In this document: piece by piece, positions 39,557 through 50,236 of the stretch
How the letters are laid out: the number at the start of each line of letters is the position of its first letter
How positions within the stretch are numbered: position 1 is the first letter of the stretch
From: an uncultured bacterium
GTDB taxonomy: Bacteria; Cyanobacteriota; Vampirovibrionia; Gastranaerophilales; Gastranaerophilaceae
Assembly: GCA_950022495.1 (NCBI GenBank)
Contig: CATLLJ010000003.1
Location: 12,277-76,276, forward strand
Reading direction: 5' to 3'
Length of the DNA stretch: 64,000 nucleotides
Translations under genes and position numbers: made by a program
Notes under the pieces: model-generated
Told to the model about the DNA's origin: nothing
Databases searched by the model: none
The model's input: the letters and a program-made list of their open reading frames with translations, nothing else

Positions 39557-42160
39557 TTATTCTTCTTTTTCAAATTTTAATTTATCATCATCAAGGTCAA
39601 TCTTGATTTTATCTCCTTTTCTGAAGTTTTGTGCAAGAATCATTTTAGACAGTGGATTTTCGACCATTTGTCTAATAACTCTTTTTAGCGGTCTTGCACC
39701 GTAGATTGGATTGAACCCTTGTGTTGCAAGGAATTCTTTTGCATCATCTGTGATAGAAAATTCAAGTTCCTGATCTTTTAGCAGTCTTCTTAAATAATCC
39801 ATTTGGATATCAACAATTTTGCTTAACTGCTGTAAGTTTAATGCTTTGAAGAAAATTGTTTCATCAATTCTGTTTAAAAATTCAGGTTTGAATTTTTGTC
39901 TAAGAACTGCAAGCACCTGTTCTTTTGTATCATTAAATTGTTCAGGAGAAAGCATAGAATTCAATGTGTTTTCAAGAATTATTTCAGAGCCGATGTTGCT
40001 TGTCATAATAATTAATGTGTTTTTGAAATCTATGGTTCTTCCTTTTGAGTCGGTCAAACGTCCGTCATCAAAGATTTGAAGCATAATGTTGAATACGTCA
40101 GGATGTGCTTTTTCAATTTCATCAAAAAGTACAACTGAATATGGTTTTCTGCGGACAGCTTCGGTTAATTGACCGCCTTCTTCGTATCCGACATATCCCG
40201 GAGGTGCACCGACAAGTCTTGCCACATTATGTTTTTCCATATATTCAGACATATCAATACGTATAAGTGCGTCTTCGTCATTGAACATAAATTCAGCAAG
40301 TGCTTTAGCCAGTTCGGTTTTACCTACACCTGTCGGACCAAGGAATAAGAATGTTCCGATAGGTCTTCTAGGATCTTTCAATCCGGAACGGGCACGACGG
40401 ATAGCGTCTGAAACTGTATCTACAGCTTCATCTTGTCCTACAAGTCTTTTGTGCAATAAGTCTTCCATAGTCAAAAGTTTTTGCATTTCAGATTCCACAA
40501 GTTTTGTAACAGGAATTCCTGTCCATTTTGAAACAACTTCTGCAATGTCAGAACCGTCAATTTCTTCTTTTAAAAGTTTATTGTCAGTTTTTTCTTTATT
40601 TTGGCAGGCTTTTAACTGTTTTTCAAGTTCAAGAAGTTTGCCGTATTTGAGTTCTGCCGCAGTTTGAAGGTCTGTGTTTCTTTCAGCTTCTTCAATTTTG
40701 TTTTTGACATTATTTATTTCATCTTTAATGTCTGCTTCTGATGTTATTGAAGCTTTTTCCTGCTCCCATTGAGTTTTCATTGTGTTAATTTTTTCTTCTA
40801 AATCATTAACAAGTTTTGTAATATCTTCGACTTTTGCACGAGCTTCATCAGATTCTTCTTTCTTTAATGCTTCTCGTTCAATTTCAAGCTGAATTTTTTG
40901 TCGCATCATTGAATCAATTTCTTCCGGCATAGAATCGATTTCAATACGGAGAGAACTTGCAGCTTCATCAATCAAATCAATTGCTTTATCAGGCAGAAAT
41001 CTGTCTGTGATGTATCTGTCTGAAAGTTTTGCAGCCTCAATGATTGCACTGTCTAATATTCTTATGCCGTGATGAACTTCGTATTTTTCTTTTAAACCTC
41101 TTAAGATACTAATAGTGTCTTCAACAGATGGTTCTGATACAAGTACCGGTTGGAAACGTCTTTCTAATGCCGGATCTTTTTCAATGTATTTTCTGTACTC
41201 GTTGATTGTAGTTGCACCGATTGTTCTGAGAACACCTCTTGCAAGCATTGGTTTTAATAAATTCCCTGCATCCATTGAGCCTTCTGTAGAACCTGCACCA
41301 ACTACGGTGTGAAGTTCGTCAATAAACATAACTATTTCGCCGTTAGAGTCTTCGACTTCTTTCAATACTGCTTTCAGACGTTCTTCAAACTCACCTCTGA
41401 ATTTAGCACCTGCAACTAGAGCACCTAAATCCAGTGAGATAAGTTTAACATCTTTCAAACTTTCAGGAACATCTCCCCGGACTATACGTTGGGCAAGTCC
41501 TTCAACGATTGCAGTTTTACCAACACCCGGTTCTCCTATTAAAACAGGGTTGTTTTTTGTTCGTCTGTTTAAAACCTGAATAATTCTTCTGACTTCTTCA
41601 TCCCTTCCGATTACGGGGTCTAATTTGCCTTTTTTAGCCAAATCAGTCAAGTCAGTTGAATATTTTTCTAAAGCTTTCATATTCTCTTCTGCATTTTTAG
41701 TGTCCACTTTTTTATTACCTCTAATTTTTTTCATTACATTTAGAATAGTTCCGGTATTTACGTTAAAACTTTCTAACAAAGATTTGATATTACTGTTATC
41801 AAGTTTTGTCATCGCGAGTAATATGGCTTCTATACCGACGTATTCATCTTTTAAAGTTTTAGCTTCTTCTAGTGAAAGTTCAAGTAATCTTCTTGTATCG
41901 TTTGATAAATATAACCCCTGTGCGTTGACAGGTCCTGATATTTTTGGAAAACTTTCAATTTTTGAGACAACTTTATTAATAAAATTCTGATTAAGAATTT
42001 TTAATTCAGTTAAATAGTCTTTGATAATACCATCATCTTTTATCATTGCAAGCATAATATGTTCAGGTTCCATCTGAGAATTCTGGTAGGAACTCATAAG
42101 GGCACTTGCACTTGATAAAATTTCCTGTGAATAATTTGTAAATTTGTCAAAATCTAACAT
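39557..42160 (-). CDS. clpB: ATP-dependent chaperone ClpB
   Basis: Two AAA+ modules (GEPGVGKTA and GPTGVGKTE) with a long coiled-coil middle domain and a Clp N domain. The start is at ATG 42160 (MLDFDKFT...). Confidence 0.95.
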   Translation of the reverse strand: MLDFDKFTNYSQEILSSASALMSSYQNSQMEPEHIMLAMIKDDGIIKDYLTELKILNQNFINKVVSKIESFPKISGPVNAQGLYLSNDTRRLLELSLEEAKTLKDEYVGIEAILLAMTKLDNSNIKSLLESFNVNTGTILNVMKKIRGNKKVDTKNAEENMKALEKYSTDLTDLAKKGKLDPVIGRDEEVRRIIQVLNRRTKNNPVLIGEPGVGKTAIVEGLAQRIVRGDVPESLKDVKLISLDLGALVAGAKFRGEFEERLKAVLKEVEDSNGEIVMFIDELHTVVGAGSTEGSMDAGNLLKPMLARGVLRTIGATTINEYRKYIEKDPALERRFQPVLVSEPSVEDTISILRGLKEKYEVHHGIRILDSAIIEAAKLSDRYITDRFLPDKAIDLIDEAASSLRIEIDSMPEEIDSMMRQKIQLEIEREALKKEESDEARAKVEDITKLVNDLEEKINTMKTQWEQEKASITSEADIKDEINNVKNKIEEAERNTDLQTAAELKYGKLLELEKQLKACQNKEKTDNKLLKEEIDGSDIAEVVSKWTGIPVTKLVESEMQKLLTMEDLLHKRLVGQDEAVDTVSDAIRRARSGLKDPRRPIGTFLFLGPTGVGKTELAKALAEFMFNDEDALIRIDMSEYMEKHNVARLVGAPPGYVGYEEGGQLTEAVRRKPYSVVLFDEIEKAHPDVFNIMLQIFDDGRLTDSKGRTIDFKNTLIIMTSNIGSEIILENTLNSMLSPEQFNDTKEQVLAVLRQKFKPEFLNRIDETIFFKALNLQQLSKIVDIQMDYLRRLLKDQELEFSITDDAKEFLATQGFNPIYGARPLKRVIRQMVENPLSKMILAQNFRKGDKIKIDLDDDKLKFEKEE

Positions 42161-42241
42161 AATTACATCAACTCCATTCAAAATAACTTTCTATATTTTT
42201 ATTTTAACGTTATTTTTAACAAAGTCATTGTAAATTAACTT

Positions 42242-42673
42242 TTATTTAATTATTTTATCAAAGATTTTTGTTTCAATTGACGGTGCAGCAAACATCTTAG
42301 ACTTATTTAATTCTCCATCTGAGTATTTTTTCATAAAATAATATTCGCCGCAGAAAAAAATGGTTATAAATATTAATAATAAGAAAGATGCAATTATACT
42401 GATTGTCTTATCTGCTTGTGATTTGTTTTTTGAGGCGAGTTGGTAAATTGTAATCGGTAAGATTGCAAAAATTATTAATGCTGCCAGAATTCTATCGGCA
42501 ATTTTGATAAAATAAGTGTACGTTGTTCCTGCAGGCTGTGTCATTACAATATCTAATTTATTTGATATCAGGAATAGAAGAATTACTGCAGTAATTATAA
42601 AAAGTGCAATTACAGAAATTCCAACTCCTGTTAAATAAATTTTTGATTCGGAATTGATTTTATTTGAGACCAT
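42242..42673 (-). CDS. hypothetical membrane protein (4 TM)
   Basis: 143-aa hydrophobic ORF. Confidence 0.45.
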   Translation of the reverse strand: MVSNKINSESKIYLTGVGISVIALFIITAVILLFLISNKLDIVMTQPAGTTYTYFIKIADRILAALIIFAILPITIYQLASKNKSQADKTISIIASFLLLIFITIFFCGEYYFMKKYSDGELNKSKMFAAPSIETKIFDKIIK

Positions 42674-42703
42674 TTAATCAAAACTCCTTTTTATTTAGTA
42701 ATT

Positions 42704-43300
42704 TTAAATTTCGTGTCTGCCTTCTATGGCTTTTGCAATAGTAATTTCATCTGCATATTCCAGATCAGCTCCAACAGGAAGCCCGAATGCGATACGAGAA
42801 ACTTTAATGCCAAACGGTTTAATTAATTTTGTTAAGTAAAGGCTTGTTGCTTCCCCTTCGACAGATGGACTCAATGCTAAAATTACTTCTTTAACTTCGT
42901 CATTTGTAAGTCGGTTAAGTAGTTCTTTAATTCTTATATCATCTGCACCGATACCGTCCATTGGGGATATCAATCCTTGCAGAACATGATAGAGACCTTT
43001 AAATTCGTTAGTTTTTTCAATAGCTATTAAGTCTTTTGTCTCCGCGATAACACAGATAGTTGAGCGGTCACGCTGAGGAGAAGAGCAAATTTCGCATGGG
43101 CTTGTGGCAGATAAATTGAAGCAAACCTCACAGGTGTGAGTGTTTTGTTTTGCTTCAATCACTGCTTTTGCAAAATTTTCAACATCAGCCATTGGCATTC
43201 TCAATAAATGAAAAGCCATTCTTTGAGCCGATTTCGGGCCGACTGACGGAAATTTTTGAAATTGTTCTATTAATGCTGCTATTGATTTTGGATATATCAT
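42704..43300 (-). CDS. recR: recombination protein RecR
   Basis: FPSVGPKSAQRMAFHLL, a C4 zinc finger CEVC...CEIC and a Toprim region. Confidence 0.95.
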   Translation of the reverse strand: MIYPKSIAALIEQFQKFPSVGPKSAQRMAFHLLRMPMADVENFAKAVIEAKQNTHTCEVCFNLSATSPCEICSSPQRDRSTICVIAETKDLIAIEKTNEFKGLYHVLQGLISPMDGIGADDIRIKELLNRLTNDEVKEVILALSPSVEGEATSLYLTKLIKPFGIKVSRIAFGLPVGADLEYADEITIAKAIEGRHEI

Positions 43301-43302
43301 AA

Positions 43303-43644
43303 TTACTTGAATAGTCCTGGAATTTTAAGACCGCCGGTAATAGATGTCATTTTTGCTTCCATATTTGCTGCAGCCTTATCGCTTGCTTGTTTCATAGCTT
43401 GAGTAATAATATCTTCAAGCATTTCTACTGTTTCAGATTCTACTGAAGAAGGATTTTCAGGATTGATTGCTTCCGGTTTAATAGAAATTGATTTAAATCT
43501 TCCCTGACCGTTCATTACAACTGTAACTGCACCGTTAGCTGCTTCTCCTGAGATTTCAAGATTTGCAAGTTCTTCCTGTGCTACCCCAAGTTTTTGTTGT
43601 GCTGCTTGAACCTGCTGCATAATTTTCATTAAATTCATTCCCAT
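43303..43644 (-). CDS. ybaB: YbaB/EbfC family nucleoid-associated protein
   Basis: MQQVQAAQQKL...G.GAVTVVMNGQ...I.I.PE. It lies directly upstream of recR. The start is at ATG 43644, after AAGGAGG. Confidence 0.85.
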   Translation of the reverse strand: MGMNLMKIMQQVQAAQQKLGVAQEELANLEISGEAANGAVTVVMNGQGRFKSISIKPEAINPENPSSVESETVEMLEDIITQAMKQASDKAAANMEAKMTSITGGLKIPGLFK

Positions 43645-43710
43645 AATTTCCTCCTTATGTCTGTAATAGATCAACTTTTCTTCTGGTATATTTTATTATA
43701 CAATAAAAAT

Positions 43711-44502
43711 ATGGAGAAGAAAACTTATTTACAAGAATCTGTTAAAAACGGACGATTAATGCGGTGGAACATGATGCCGCTGAGAGTTTACATTGCTCCA
43801 ATGAAATTTTATTCCAAAAAAGGTCAGGATTTAAAATATCGAGGACTTGTAAAAAGAGCACTTGATGAGTGGCATAAAGTTTCTAACGGTAAAGTGTCAT
43901 TTATAGTTGTAGATAATCTTCTTTCGTCTAATGTAAACATTGATTGGAAAAGGGTTGAACGAACTGCTCTCGGATGCTGTTATTTTCATTTTGACAAAGC
44001 TAATCGTTTATATAGTGCAGAAGTTTCTATTGGTTTAACGGAGGGGCTTGTGCATGCTGATTATATGGATGAAGATGAAGTTTACCATACTATTTTGCAT
44101 GAAATTGGTCATGCTATAGGTTTAGGTCATAGTCCGTTTAAAAAAGATATTATGTACACTCCGCATCAGAAAGGGGTTTTGCATGTTGGAGAAGGGGACA
44201 GACTTTCAATAAATTGGCTTTATACTTTCCCTCAAGGTAAGAGTGTTTCAGAGATTGCATCAAAATACGGAGTTAGCGGCAGTGATTTAGATGAAGTTGT
44301 AGCAAGGATAATTACAAAGCAAGCAAAAACCGAGTTTGAAAAAGTTAAAGATGAGGTAAAATTGGAGCCGGAGCGAAATCTTTTAGAAGAATCAGAAGCA
44401 ATTGCAAATTTGCGTAAATACCACATGTCTTTGCAAAATGTTCAAATCTCGGGCGAATTGCAGGAAAAAATCCGCAAACATTACAGGGATTTTAATAAGT
44501 AA
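43711..44502 (+). CDS. matrixin-like (M10) zinc metalloprotease
   Basis: HEIGHAIGLGHS fits HExxHxxGxxH. The start was chosen at ATG 43711; the ORF track starts at 43657. Confidence 0.65.
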   Translation: MEKKTYLQESVKNGRLMRWNMMPLRVYIAPMKFYSKKGQDLKYRGLVKRALDEWHKVSNGKVSFIVVDNLLSSNVNIDWKRVERTALGCCYFHFDKANRLYSAEVSIGLTEGLVHADYMDEDEVYHTILHEIGHAIGLGHSPFKKDIMYTPHQKGVLHVGEGDRLSINWLYTFPQGKSVSEIASKYGVSGSDLDEVVARIITKQAKTEFEKVKDEVKLEPERNLLEESEAIANLRKYHMSLQNVQISGELQEKIRKHYRDFNK

Positions 44503-44558
44503 TTTTATTGGTAATTTATAATATATAGCGAGTTATTGTAAACAAAATTTACTCATTT

Positions 44559-44586
44559 TTGCCATTGTAATATTTTTGTGTATAAT
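44559..44586 (+). promoter_or_regulatory. sigma70-type promoter candidate with extended -10 (accD-accA)
   Basis: TTGCCA (44559-44564), a 16-nt spacer ending in TGG, then TATAAT (44581-44586). Confidence 0.45.
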
Positions 44587-44639
44587 TATGGTGTAAGAAA
44601 ATTATATTTTATTAGGGATATAGTAAAGGAATTCATAAT

Positions 44640-45503
44640 ATGACAGTTCAAGATTGGTTTGAGAAGCGGAAAGAAGCCCAAATTCAACGACGTGCACTTG
44701 AAGCCAGAGTAGAAATTGAGGCAAATCCGGACTTATGGACAAAATGTGTTCATTGTGATGCTCAACTGTTAAAGAAAGATATTGAAGAAAATAATAGGGT
44801 TTGTCCTGTTTGTGATTATCATTTCAGGGTAAATGCCAGAACTAGAATTAATCAGTTGTTTGATGAAGGCTCATTTGAAGAACTGTTTACAGAAATTAAA
44901 CCAACAGATCCTCTGGATTTCGTTGATACAGAAAGCTATAAGGATAGATTAGCCGCAGCACAGGCAAAAAATAACATGGATGATGCTGTAGTTACCGGTA
45001 TTGCTACAATTGAAGGGCATAAAGTTGCAACAGCGGTCATGGATTTTGATTTTATGGGCGGTTCTATGGGTAGTGTAGTTGGTGAGAAAGTTACACGAAT
45101 CATGGAAAAAGCTATTGAATTGAAACTTCCGGTTCTTGCAATCACTTCATCAGGCGGTGCAAGAATGCAGGAAAGTGCATTGAGTTTAATGCAGATGGCT
45201 AAAACTTCTTGTGCTTGTGCAAGATTAGATGAGGCAGGTTTATTATATATTAATTTAATTACAGATCCGACTTTCGGCGGTGTAACTGCCAGCTTCGGAA
45301 CTTTAGGAGACATTATTATTGCAGAACAGGGTGCAAGAGTAGGTTTTGCCGGTAGAAGAGTTATTGAACAAACTATCAGACAGAAACTTCCTGCAGATTT
45401 CCAAACAGCAGAATACTTGATGAAATACGGTCAGGTTGATGTTGTTTCTTCTCGTAAAGATTTGCGTGATACTCTAGCTAATATCCTGTCTATGCATGAA
45501 TAG
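44640..45503 (+). CDS. accD: acetyl-CoA carboxylase carboxyltransferase beta subunit
   Basis: Zinc ribbon CVHCDA...CPVCDYH. MDFDFMGGSMGSVVGEK block. Confidence 0.95.
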   Translation: MTVQDWFEKRKEAQIQRRALEARVEIEANPDLWTKCVHCDAQLLKKDIEENNRVCPVCDYHFRVNARTRINQLFDEGSFEELFTEIKPTDPLDFVDTESYKDRLAAAQAKNNMDDAVVTGIATIEGHKVATAVMDFDFMGGSMGSVVGEKVTRIMEKAIELKLPVLAITSSGGARMQESALSLMQMAKTSCACARLDEAGLLYINLITDPTFGGVTASFGTLGDIIIAEQGARVGFAGRRVIEQTIRQKLPADFQTAEYLMKYGQVDVVSSRKDLRDTLANILSMHE

Positions 45504-45515
45504 GAGTATATTATA

Positions 45516-46469
45516 ATGGCAGCAGCTTTAGATTTTGAAAAACCTATATTGGAAATTCAAGGTAAAATAGAGGAACTAAAAAAAATGAGTTTGGAGTCCG
45601 GTATGGATTTAAATAAAGATATTGAAACATTAGAGCAAGAAGCAGAAGATTTTAAAAAAGAACTGTTTGCTAATCTTGACCCAACGCAGAAAATGCAAAT
45701 CGCAAGACATCCGGAACGTCCGAAATTTCTTGATTATGTAAATTTAATGTGTACTGATTTTGTAGAACTTCACGGGGATAGAGTTGGTACTGACGATAGA
45801 GCAATTGTCGGCGGTCTTGCAAAATTAGATGGTCGTCCGATTATGATTATCGGTACTATGAAGGGGAAATCTACAAAAGAAAATTTAGAATATAATTTTG
45901 GTATGCCTCAGCCTGAAGGTTATAGAAAGGCTTTAAGATTATTTAAGCATGCTAATAAATTTAATATTCCGATTGTAACAATTATTGATACCCCGGGTGC
46001 TTATCCTGGTATTAGTGCAGAAGAACACGCACAAGGTGCCGCTATTGCTACTAACCTTAGAGAAATGCAAAAATTGGGTGTACCTGTTATTGCTATTATT
46101 TCAGGTGAAGGCTGTTCCGGCGGAGCTTTAGGTTTGGCAGTTGCTAATAAAGTTTATTTGCTTGAACATGCGTATTATACAGTTATTTCACCGGAAGGTT
46201 GTGCTTCAATTCTTTGGAGAGATGCATCTAAAAATTTAGAAGCTGCTACAGCATTAAAAATCACTGCACCACACCTTCTTGAACACGGTATCATTGATGG
46301 TGCAATCAAAGAACCTACACGCGGTGCTCATACAGATTATGAATTTATTGCGGCTGAAATGAAAAAAACTATTTTGGAAGCACTTGATGATTTGTCAGGC
46401 ATGTCTGCTGAAGAGTTAAGAAATCACAGATATGATAAGTTCAGAAAAATGGGTGAATTTTTGAGTTAA
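45516..46469 (+). CDS. accA: acetyl-CoA carboxylase carboxyltransferase alpha subunit
   Basis: ARHPERP, IDTPGAYPG and ISPEGCASILW blocks. Confidence 0.95.
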   Translation: MAAALDFEKPILEIQGKIEELKKMSLESGMDLNKDIETLEQEAEDFKKELFANLDPTQKMQIARHPERPKFLDYVNLMCTDFVELHGDRVGTDDRAIVGGLAKLDGRPIMIIGTMKGKSTKENLEYNFGMPQPEGYRKALRLFKHANKFNIPIVTIIDTPGAYPGISAEEHAQGAAIATNLREMQKLGVPVIAIISGEGCSGGALGLAVANKVYLLEHAYYTVISPEGCASILWRDASKNLEAATALKITAPHLLEHGIIDGAIKEPTRGAHTDYEFIAAEMKKTILEALDDLSGMSAEELRNHRYDKFRKMGEFLS

Positions 46470-46513
46470 GCATAGGAAGATTGAGACTTCAGTCTTTATA
46501 ATTAAGGATTATT

Positions 46514-47515
46514 ATGGATAAGAATTATTTTGAATTAAGAATGAATATCAATCCTGAAATTGAGGATTTAATTTCTGAGATATTCTTCTTTCATTTTGAC
46601 TGCGAAGGTATAGTATTAGCGGAAGAGACATATAAAGATTTAGAAATGGTTTCAACAACTGAAGGAACTGTGAAAATATTTCTTCGTTCAGACGAAAAAG
46701 ATGCTTATGAATCTTTGAAATACGATATTGAAAATGTATTAGATTTATCTAGAGAAAAATTTATTGCAAGAGGCTTAACTGATGAGGATCTTGGTTCATG
46801 GTCTTTTGAATTGGAAGAAAAAAAGACTGAAGACTGGGCTAAAAAATGGAAAGAAAAATGGAAGGTTACTCATGTAACTGACAATATTGCTGTAGTTCCG
46901 GAATGGCTTGAATATACACCTAAAGAAAGTGAAGTTACTATTACAATGGAACCGGGCTGTGCTTTTGGTACAGGTACACATCAAACAACTCAGCTATGTA
47001 TGAAAGCTCTGGAAAAATACATGCATAAAGGTGATAAGGTTGCTGATATTGGTATGGGCAGCGGTATTTTATCAATCCTTGCAAGAAAACTCGGTGCAAG
47101 TTATGTATATGGCTGCGATAACGATGAAACAGTTATTGAAGTTGCCCGTGAAAATATGAAGCGAAATTTAGATACTTATTTTGAAGAAACTGATTCTGAA
47201 TCAATTGTTTCACTATATTCAAACAGAAAATTAAAGCAGGTTAAAAGTTCAGAATATAATTTCTGTTTTGAACTTGCAACTGTAGAAAATGTTCATGATA
47301 CCTTTGATTTTGTATGTGCAAATATTCTGCACTTTGTCCTTGCTGAAATTATGGGTGATTTGAAACGTATTACCCGCGATGGCGGTTATATTTCGCTTAG
47401 CGGCATTTTGGATGAGAAAAAACAAATGGTGTTGGATGCAATTAAACGTGAAGGTTTGAAAATCATAGAAGAAATTCATCAAGATCAATGGACTTCATTT
47501 GTTGTACAAAAGTAA
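46514..47515 (+). CDS. prmA: ribosomal protein L11 methyltransferase
   Basis: PGCAFGTGTHQTTQLC and DIGMGSGILSI blocks. Confidence 0.85.
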   Translation: MDKNYFELRMNINPEIEDLISEIFFFHFDCEGIVLAEETYKDLEMVSTTEGTVKIFLRSDEKDAYESLKYDIENVLDLSREKFIARGLTDEDLGSWSFELEEKKTEDWAKKWKEKWKVTHVTDNIAVVPEWLEYTPKESEVTITMEPGCAFGTGTHQTTQLCMKALEKYMHKGDKVADIGMGSGILSILARKLGASYVYGCDNDETVIEVARENMKRNLDTYFEETDSESIVSLYSNRKLKQVKSSEYNFCFELATVENVHDTFDFVCANILHFVLAEIMGDLKRITRDGGYISLSGILDEKKQMVLDAIKREGLKIIEEIHQDQWTSFVVQK

Positions 47516-47579
47516 TTATTTAAAATATAAAATCTAAGTCGGCATTATTTGCCGGCTTTCTTATAAGAAGGAGAAAACA

Positions 47580-48317
47580 ATGTCTAAAACTGCAATAATT
47601 ATACCGGCAAGATACGGCTCTTCAAGATTAGAGGGTAAACCGTTATTAGAAGTTATGGGAAAACCTGTAATTCAATGGGTGTATGAAAAAGCTCAACAGG
47701 CAAAACTTGCGGATATGATTATTGTTGCAACAGATGATAAAAGAATTTTTGACTGCGTAAAATCTTTCGGCGGAGAAGTTGAAATGACTTCTGTTGAGCA
47801 TAAATGCGGTTCTGATAGAATTATGGAAGTTGTATCACGTCATCCCGAAATATCTCATATCTGTAATCTTCAAGGGGATGAACCTTTGATTAAACCTGAA
47901 AGTATTGATGCTGTAATTAAAAATGTAAAAGATGATGACAAAGCTGATATTTCAACATTAATAAGAGTTTTGACTGATGAAGAAGAAATTAATAATCCAA
48001 ATCTTGTCAAATGTGTGATTGATAATAATGGATTTGCTCTTTATTTTTCAAGATCAAAAATACCGTTTGAAAGAAATGCCGGTATTGCAAAATTTTATGG
48101 ACATTTAGGTATATACGGATACAAGCGTTCAGCATTGGAGGCTATGACAACATTACCTCAAACACCATTAGAAAGAACTGAAAGTTTAGAACAACTTAGG
48201 GCTTTAGAAAATGGAATGAGAATAAAAACTTCTGTAGTTGATTTTGTTCCTGTTGGTATTGATACTAGAGAAGATTTAGAAAAATTTAAATTGTTGCTGC
48301 AAGGCTCTAATTGTTAG
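47580..48317 (+). CDS. kdsB: 3-deoxy-manno-octulosonate cytidylyltransferase
   Basis: IIIPARYGSSRLEGKPL and NLQGDEPLI blocks. Confidence 0.9.
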   Translation: MSKTAIIIPARYGSSRLEGKPLLEVMGKPVIQWVYEKAQQAKLADMIIVATDDKRIFDCVKSFGGEVEMTSVEHKCGSDRIMEVVSRHPEISHICNLQGDEPLIKPESIDAVIKNVKDDDKADISTLIRVLTDEEEINNPNLVKCVIDNNGFALYFSRSKIPFERNAGIAKFYGHLGIYGYKRSALEAMTTLPQTPLERTESLEQLRALENGMRIKTSVVDFVPVGIDTREDLEKFKLLLQGSNC

Positions 48318-48531
48318 TAAAAAAATATGTAGGGTCCACCTTATAAAGAAATGACAGTTTTAAAAGCATTTTAAGGCTTGGTTTTTCTTTAAGGTTTTCC
48401 ATTCTGCTGACGAATTCCCGTGAGCAGTTAATTTGTTCAGCAAAGTTTTCTTGTGATAATTTATGTTGTTTTCTTAATTTTTTAATATTATCAGCAATAA
48501 TTTTGTGATACATTACTTCATATTTTTGCAT
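48307..48531 (-). CDS. XRE-family helix-turn-helix transcriptional regulator
   Basis: 74 aa with IKKLRKQHKLSQENFAEQINCSREFVSRMENLKEKPS. It converges on and overlaps the kdsB 3' end by 11 nt, and is divergent from the pilin-like gene. Confidence 0.75.
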   Translation of the reverse strand: MQKYEVMYHKIIADNIKKLRKQHKLSQENFAEQINCSREFVSRMENLKEKPSLKMLLKLSFLYKVDPTYFFTNN

Positions 48532-48555
48532 AGTTTTATTGTCGCGTATTATAAT
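48526..48555 (+). promoter_or_regulatory. promoter candidate for the pilin-like gene
   Basis: TTGCAT, an 18-nt spacer, then TATAAT, 40 nt upstream of the ATG at 48595. Confidence 0.35.
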
Positions 48556-48594
48556 ACAAGTACTATGAAGTAATACATCACATGAGGCAATGAT

Positions 48595-49275
48595 ATGAAA
48601 AAAGGTTTTACACTTGCGGAAGTTTTAATAACTCTCGGGATAATTGGTGTGGTTGCAGCTGCGACAATTCCATCATTAATAACTGCATATCAAAAACGGG
48701 CAACAGAATCACAGCTTAAAAAAGCCTATTCTACATTAGTTAATGCTCTTCGTATGTCTGAAAATGATCCTGATTTTAATTATACACCGCCTGATACGTA
48801 TGAATATGCTTTAGGTACTCATGATAAATATGGAATTTTTAAATCTTATTTCGCACCTTATATGCAAGGAGTTACAGTTTTGACCTCGAATAACCGTAAT
48901 TGGAGAGGTAAAACACCGGCAGGAGAGGATGCTAGCCTTGTTGCAAATTTTGGTGATGGATGCCATTGTATAAACGATGGTACGTGTTTTAGAATGGTCA
49001 ACCATGGAACTAATTATTTTTACATATTAGTTGACTTAAATGGTCCATCCCGTCCTAATATAGTGGGCAAAGATATTTTTTATTTTGCATTACATTTTAC
49101 GGAAAATGGTTTAGTACTTGATGGTAATGTTTATCAGGTTTCAAGAGTAACTACAAATGCCCAGTTGATACAAAGCTGTGGAAAAGGGGCTTCCGGCTGG
49201 CAGGGAGGCAAGTCCTGTACCGAATTGATAATCAGAAATAGTTGGAAAATTCCAAAAGATTACCCGTGGAATTGA
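48595..49275 (+). CDS. prepilin-type N-terminal cleavage/methylation domain protein
   Basis: MKKGFTLAEVLITLGIIGVVAAATIP shows the G/FTLAE cleavage motif. The C-terminus ends NSWKIPKDYPWN, shared with the 8018..8623 paralog. Confidence 0.85.
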   Translation: MKKGFTLAEVLITLGIIGVVAAATIPSLITAYQKRATESQLKKAYSTLVNALRMSENDPDFNYTPPDTYEYALGTHDKYGIFKSYFAPYMQGVTVLTSNNRNWRGKTPAGEDASLVANFGDGCHCINDGTCFRMVNHGTNYFYILVDLNGPSRPNIVGKDIFYFALHFTENGLVLDGNVYQVSRVTTNAQLIQSCGKGASGWQGGKSCTELIIRNSWKIPKDYPWN

Positions 49276-49426
49276 TTTTGTTTTTTCCTAAATACATGCT
49301 TGCAATTTTTTGTAACTTAGTGTAACATATTGTTATAAAAATATAAAAAAATAAACATAACGTAATATTTTTTTGTTTTTGAGTAATGAATTAGTGTAAG
49401 ATTTTAAAGTAAGTAAGGAAAAGACT

Positions 49427-50176
49427 ATGTCAGAAAATGTTGAAATGTCTAATGAAACAGAAGATCGTCAAAGAATCCTTCTGGCAGATGATGAATCTAG
49501 TATCAGACGTATTTTAGAAACTCGTTTGAAAATGGCTGGCTATGATGTTTATACAGCTCAAGATGGTGAAGAAGCTGTTTCAGCTTTTAATAAATATAAT
49601 CCTGATTTGGTAGTTTTAGATGTTATGATGCCAAAAATGGATGGTTATGGTGTAACTAGAGAAATTAGAAGAAATTCTGACGTACCTATTATTATACTAA
49701 CAGCACTTGGTGATGTTTCTGAAAGAATTACAGGTTTAGAATTGGGTGCTGATGACTATGTTATCAAACCTTTCAGCCCGAAAGAACTTGAAGCTCGTGT
49801 TAAAGCTGTTTTAAGAAGAACTAATAACAGAGAAATGGTTACTCCATCCGGTAAGGTAACTAAAAATGTTATTACTACAGGTAATATTAAAATTGATACA
49901 GCTAGAAGACAAGTTTATAGAAAGAATGAAAGAATCAGACTTACCGGTATGGAATTTAGCTTACTTGAATTGTTGGTAAATAATTCTGGTCAAGCTTTCT
50001 CTAGAAATGAAATATTACAACACGTTTGGGCTTATCCGCCAGATCATAGAATTGATACACGTGTAGTTGATGTTCATATTTCAAGATTACGTTCAAAATT
50101 AGAAACTGATCCTGCAAACCCAGAACTTATCTTAACAGCCCGCGGCATCGGTTATATGTTCCAAAGAATTAACTAA
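49427..50176 (+). CDS. rpaB: OmpR-family response regulator, RpaB/Ycf27-like
   Basis: The block ILLADDESSIRRILETRLKMAGYDV...PDLVVLDVMMPKMDGYGV...DVPIIILTALGDVSERITGLELGADDYVIKPFSPKELEARV is nearly colinear with cyanobacterial RpaB as I remember it. No adjacent histidine kinase is present. Confidence 0.75.
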   Translation: MSENVEMSNETEDRQRILLADDESSIRRILETRLKMAGYDVYTAQDGEEAVSAFNKYNPDLVVLDVMMPKMDGYGVTREIRRNSDVPIIILTALGDVSERITGLELGADDYVIKPFSPKELEARVKAVLRRTNNREMVTPSGKVTKNVITTGNIKIDTARRQVYRKNERIRLTGMEFSLLELLVNNSGQAFSRNEILQHVWAYPPDHRIDTRVVDVHISRLRSKLETDPANPELILTARGIGYMFQRIN

Positions 50177-50236
50177 TAGTAAAAAGGCACTTAATTCTTT
50201 GAGTGTCTTTTAATTTTGAAAGGATGATCAAGTAGT

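Noticed and set aside
39819-41990. Four plus-strand ORFs (39819, 40281, 41115 and 41625) antisense to clpB. Similar shadow ORFs lie inside murT, the M23 peptidase, lpxI, lpxB, bioB, GH13, the EndoQ-UvrD fusion, alaS, accD, prmA, folP, bioA and bioD
   Set aside because: They lie fully inside, and antisense to, strongly supported genes. They lack RBS motifs and have Ser/Leu/Phe-rich shadow-frame composition.
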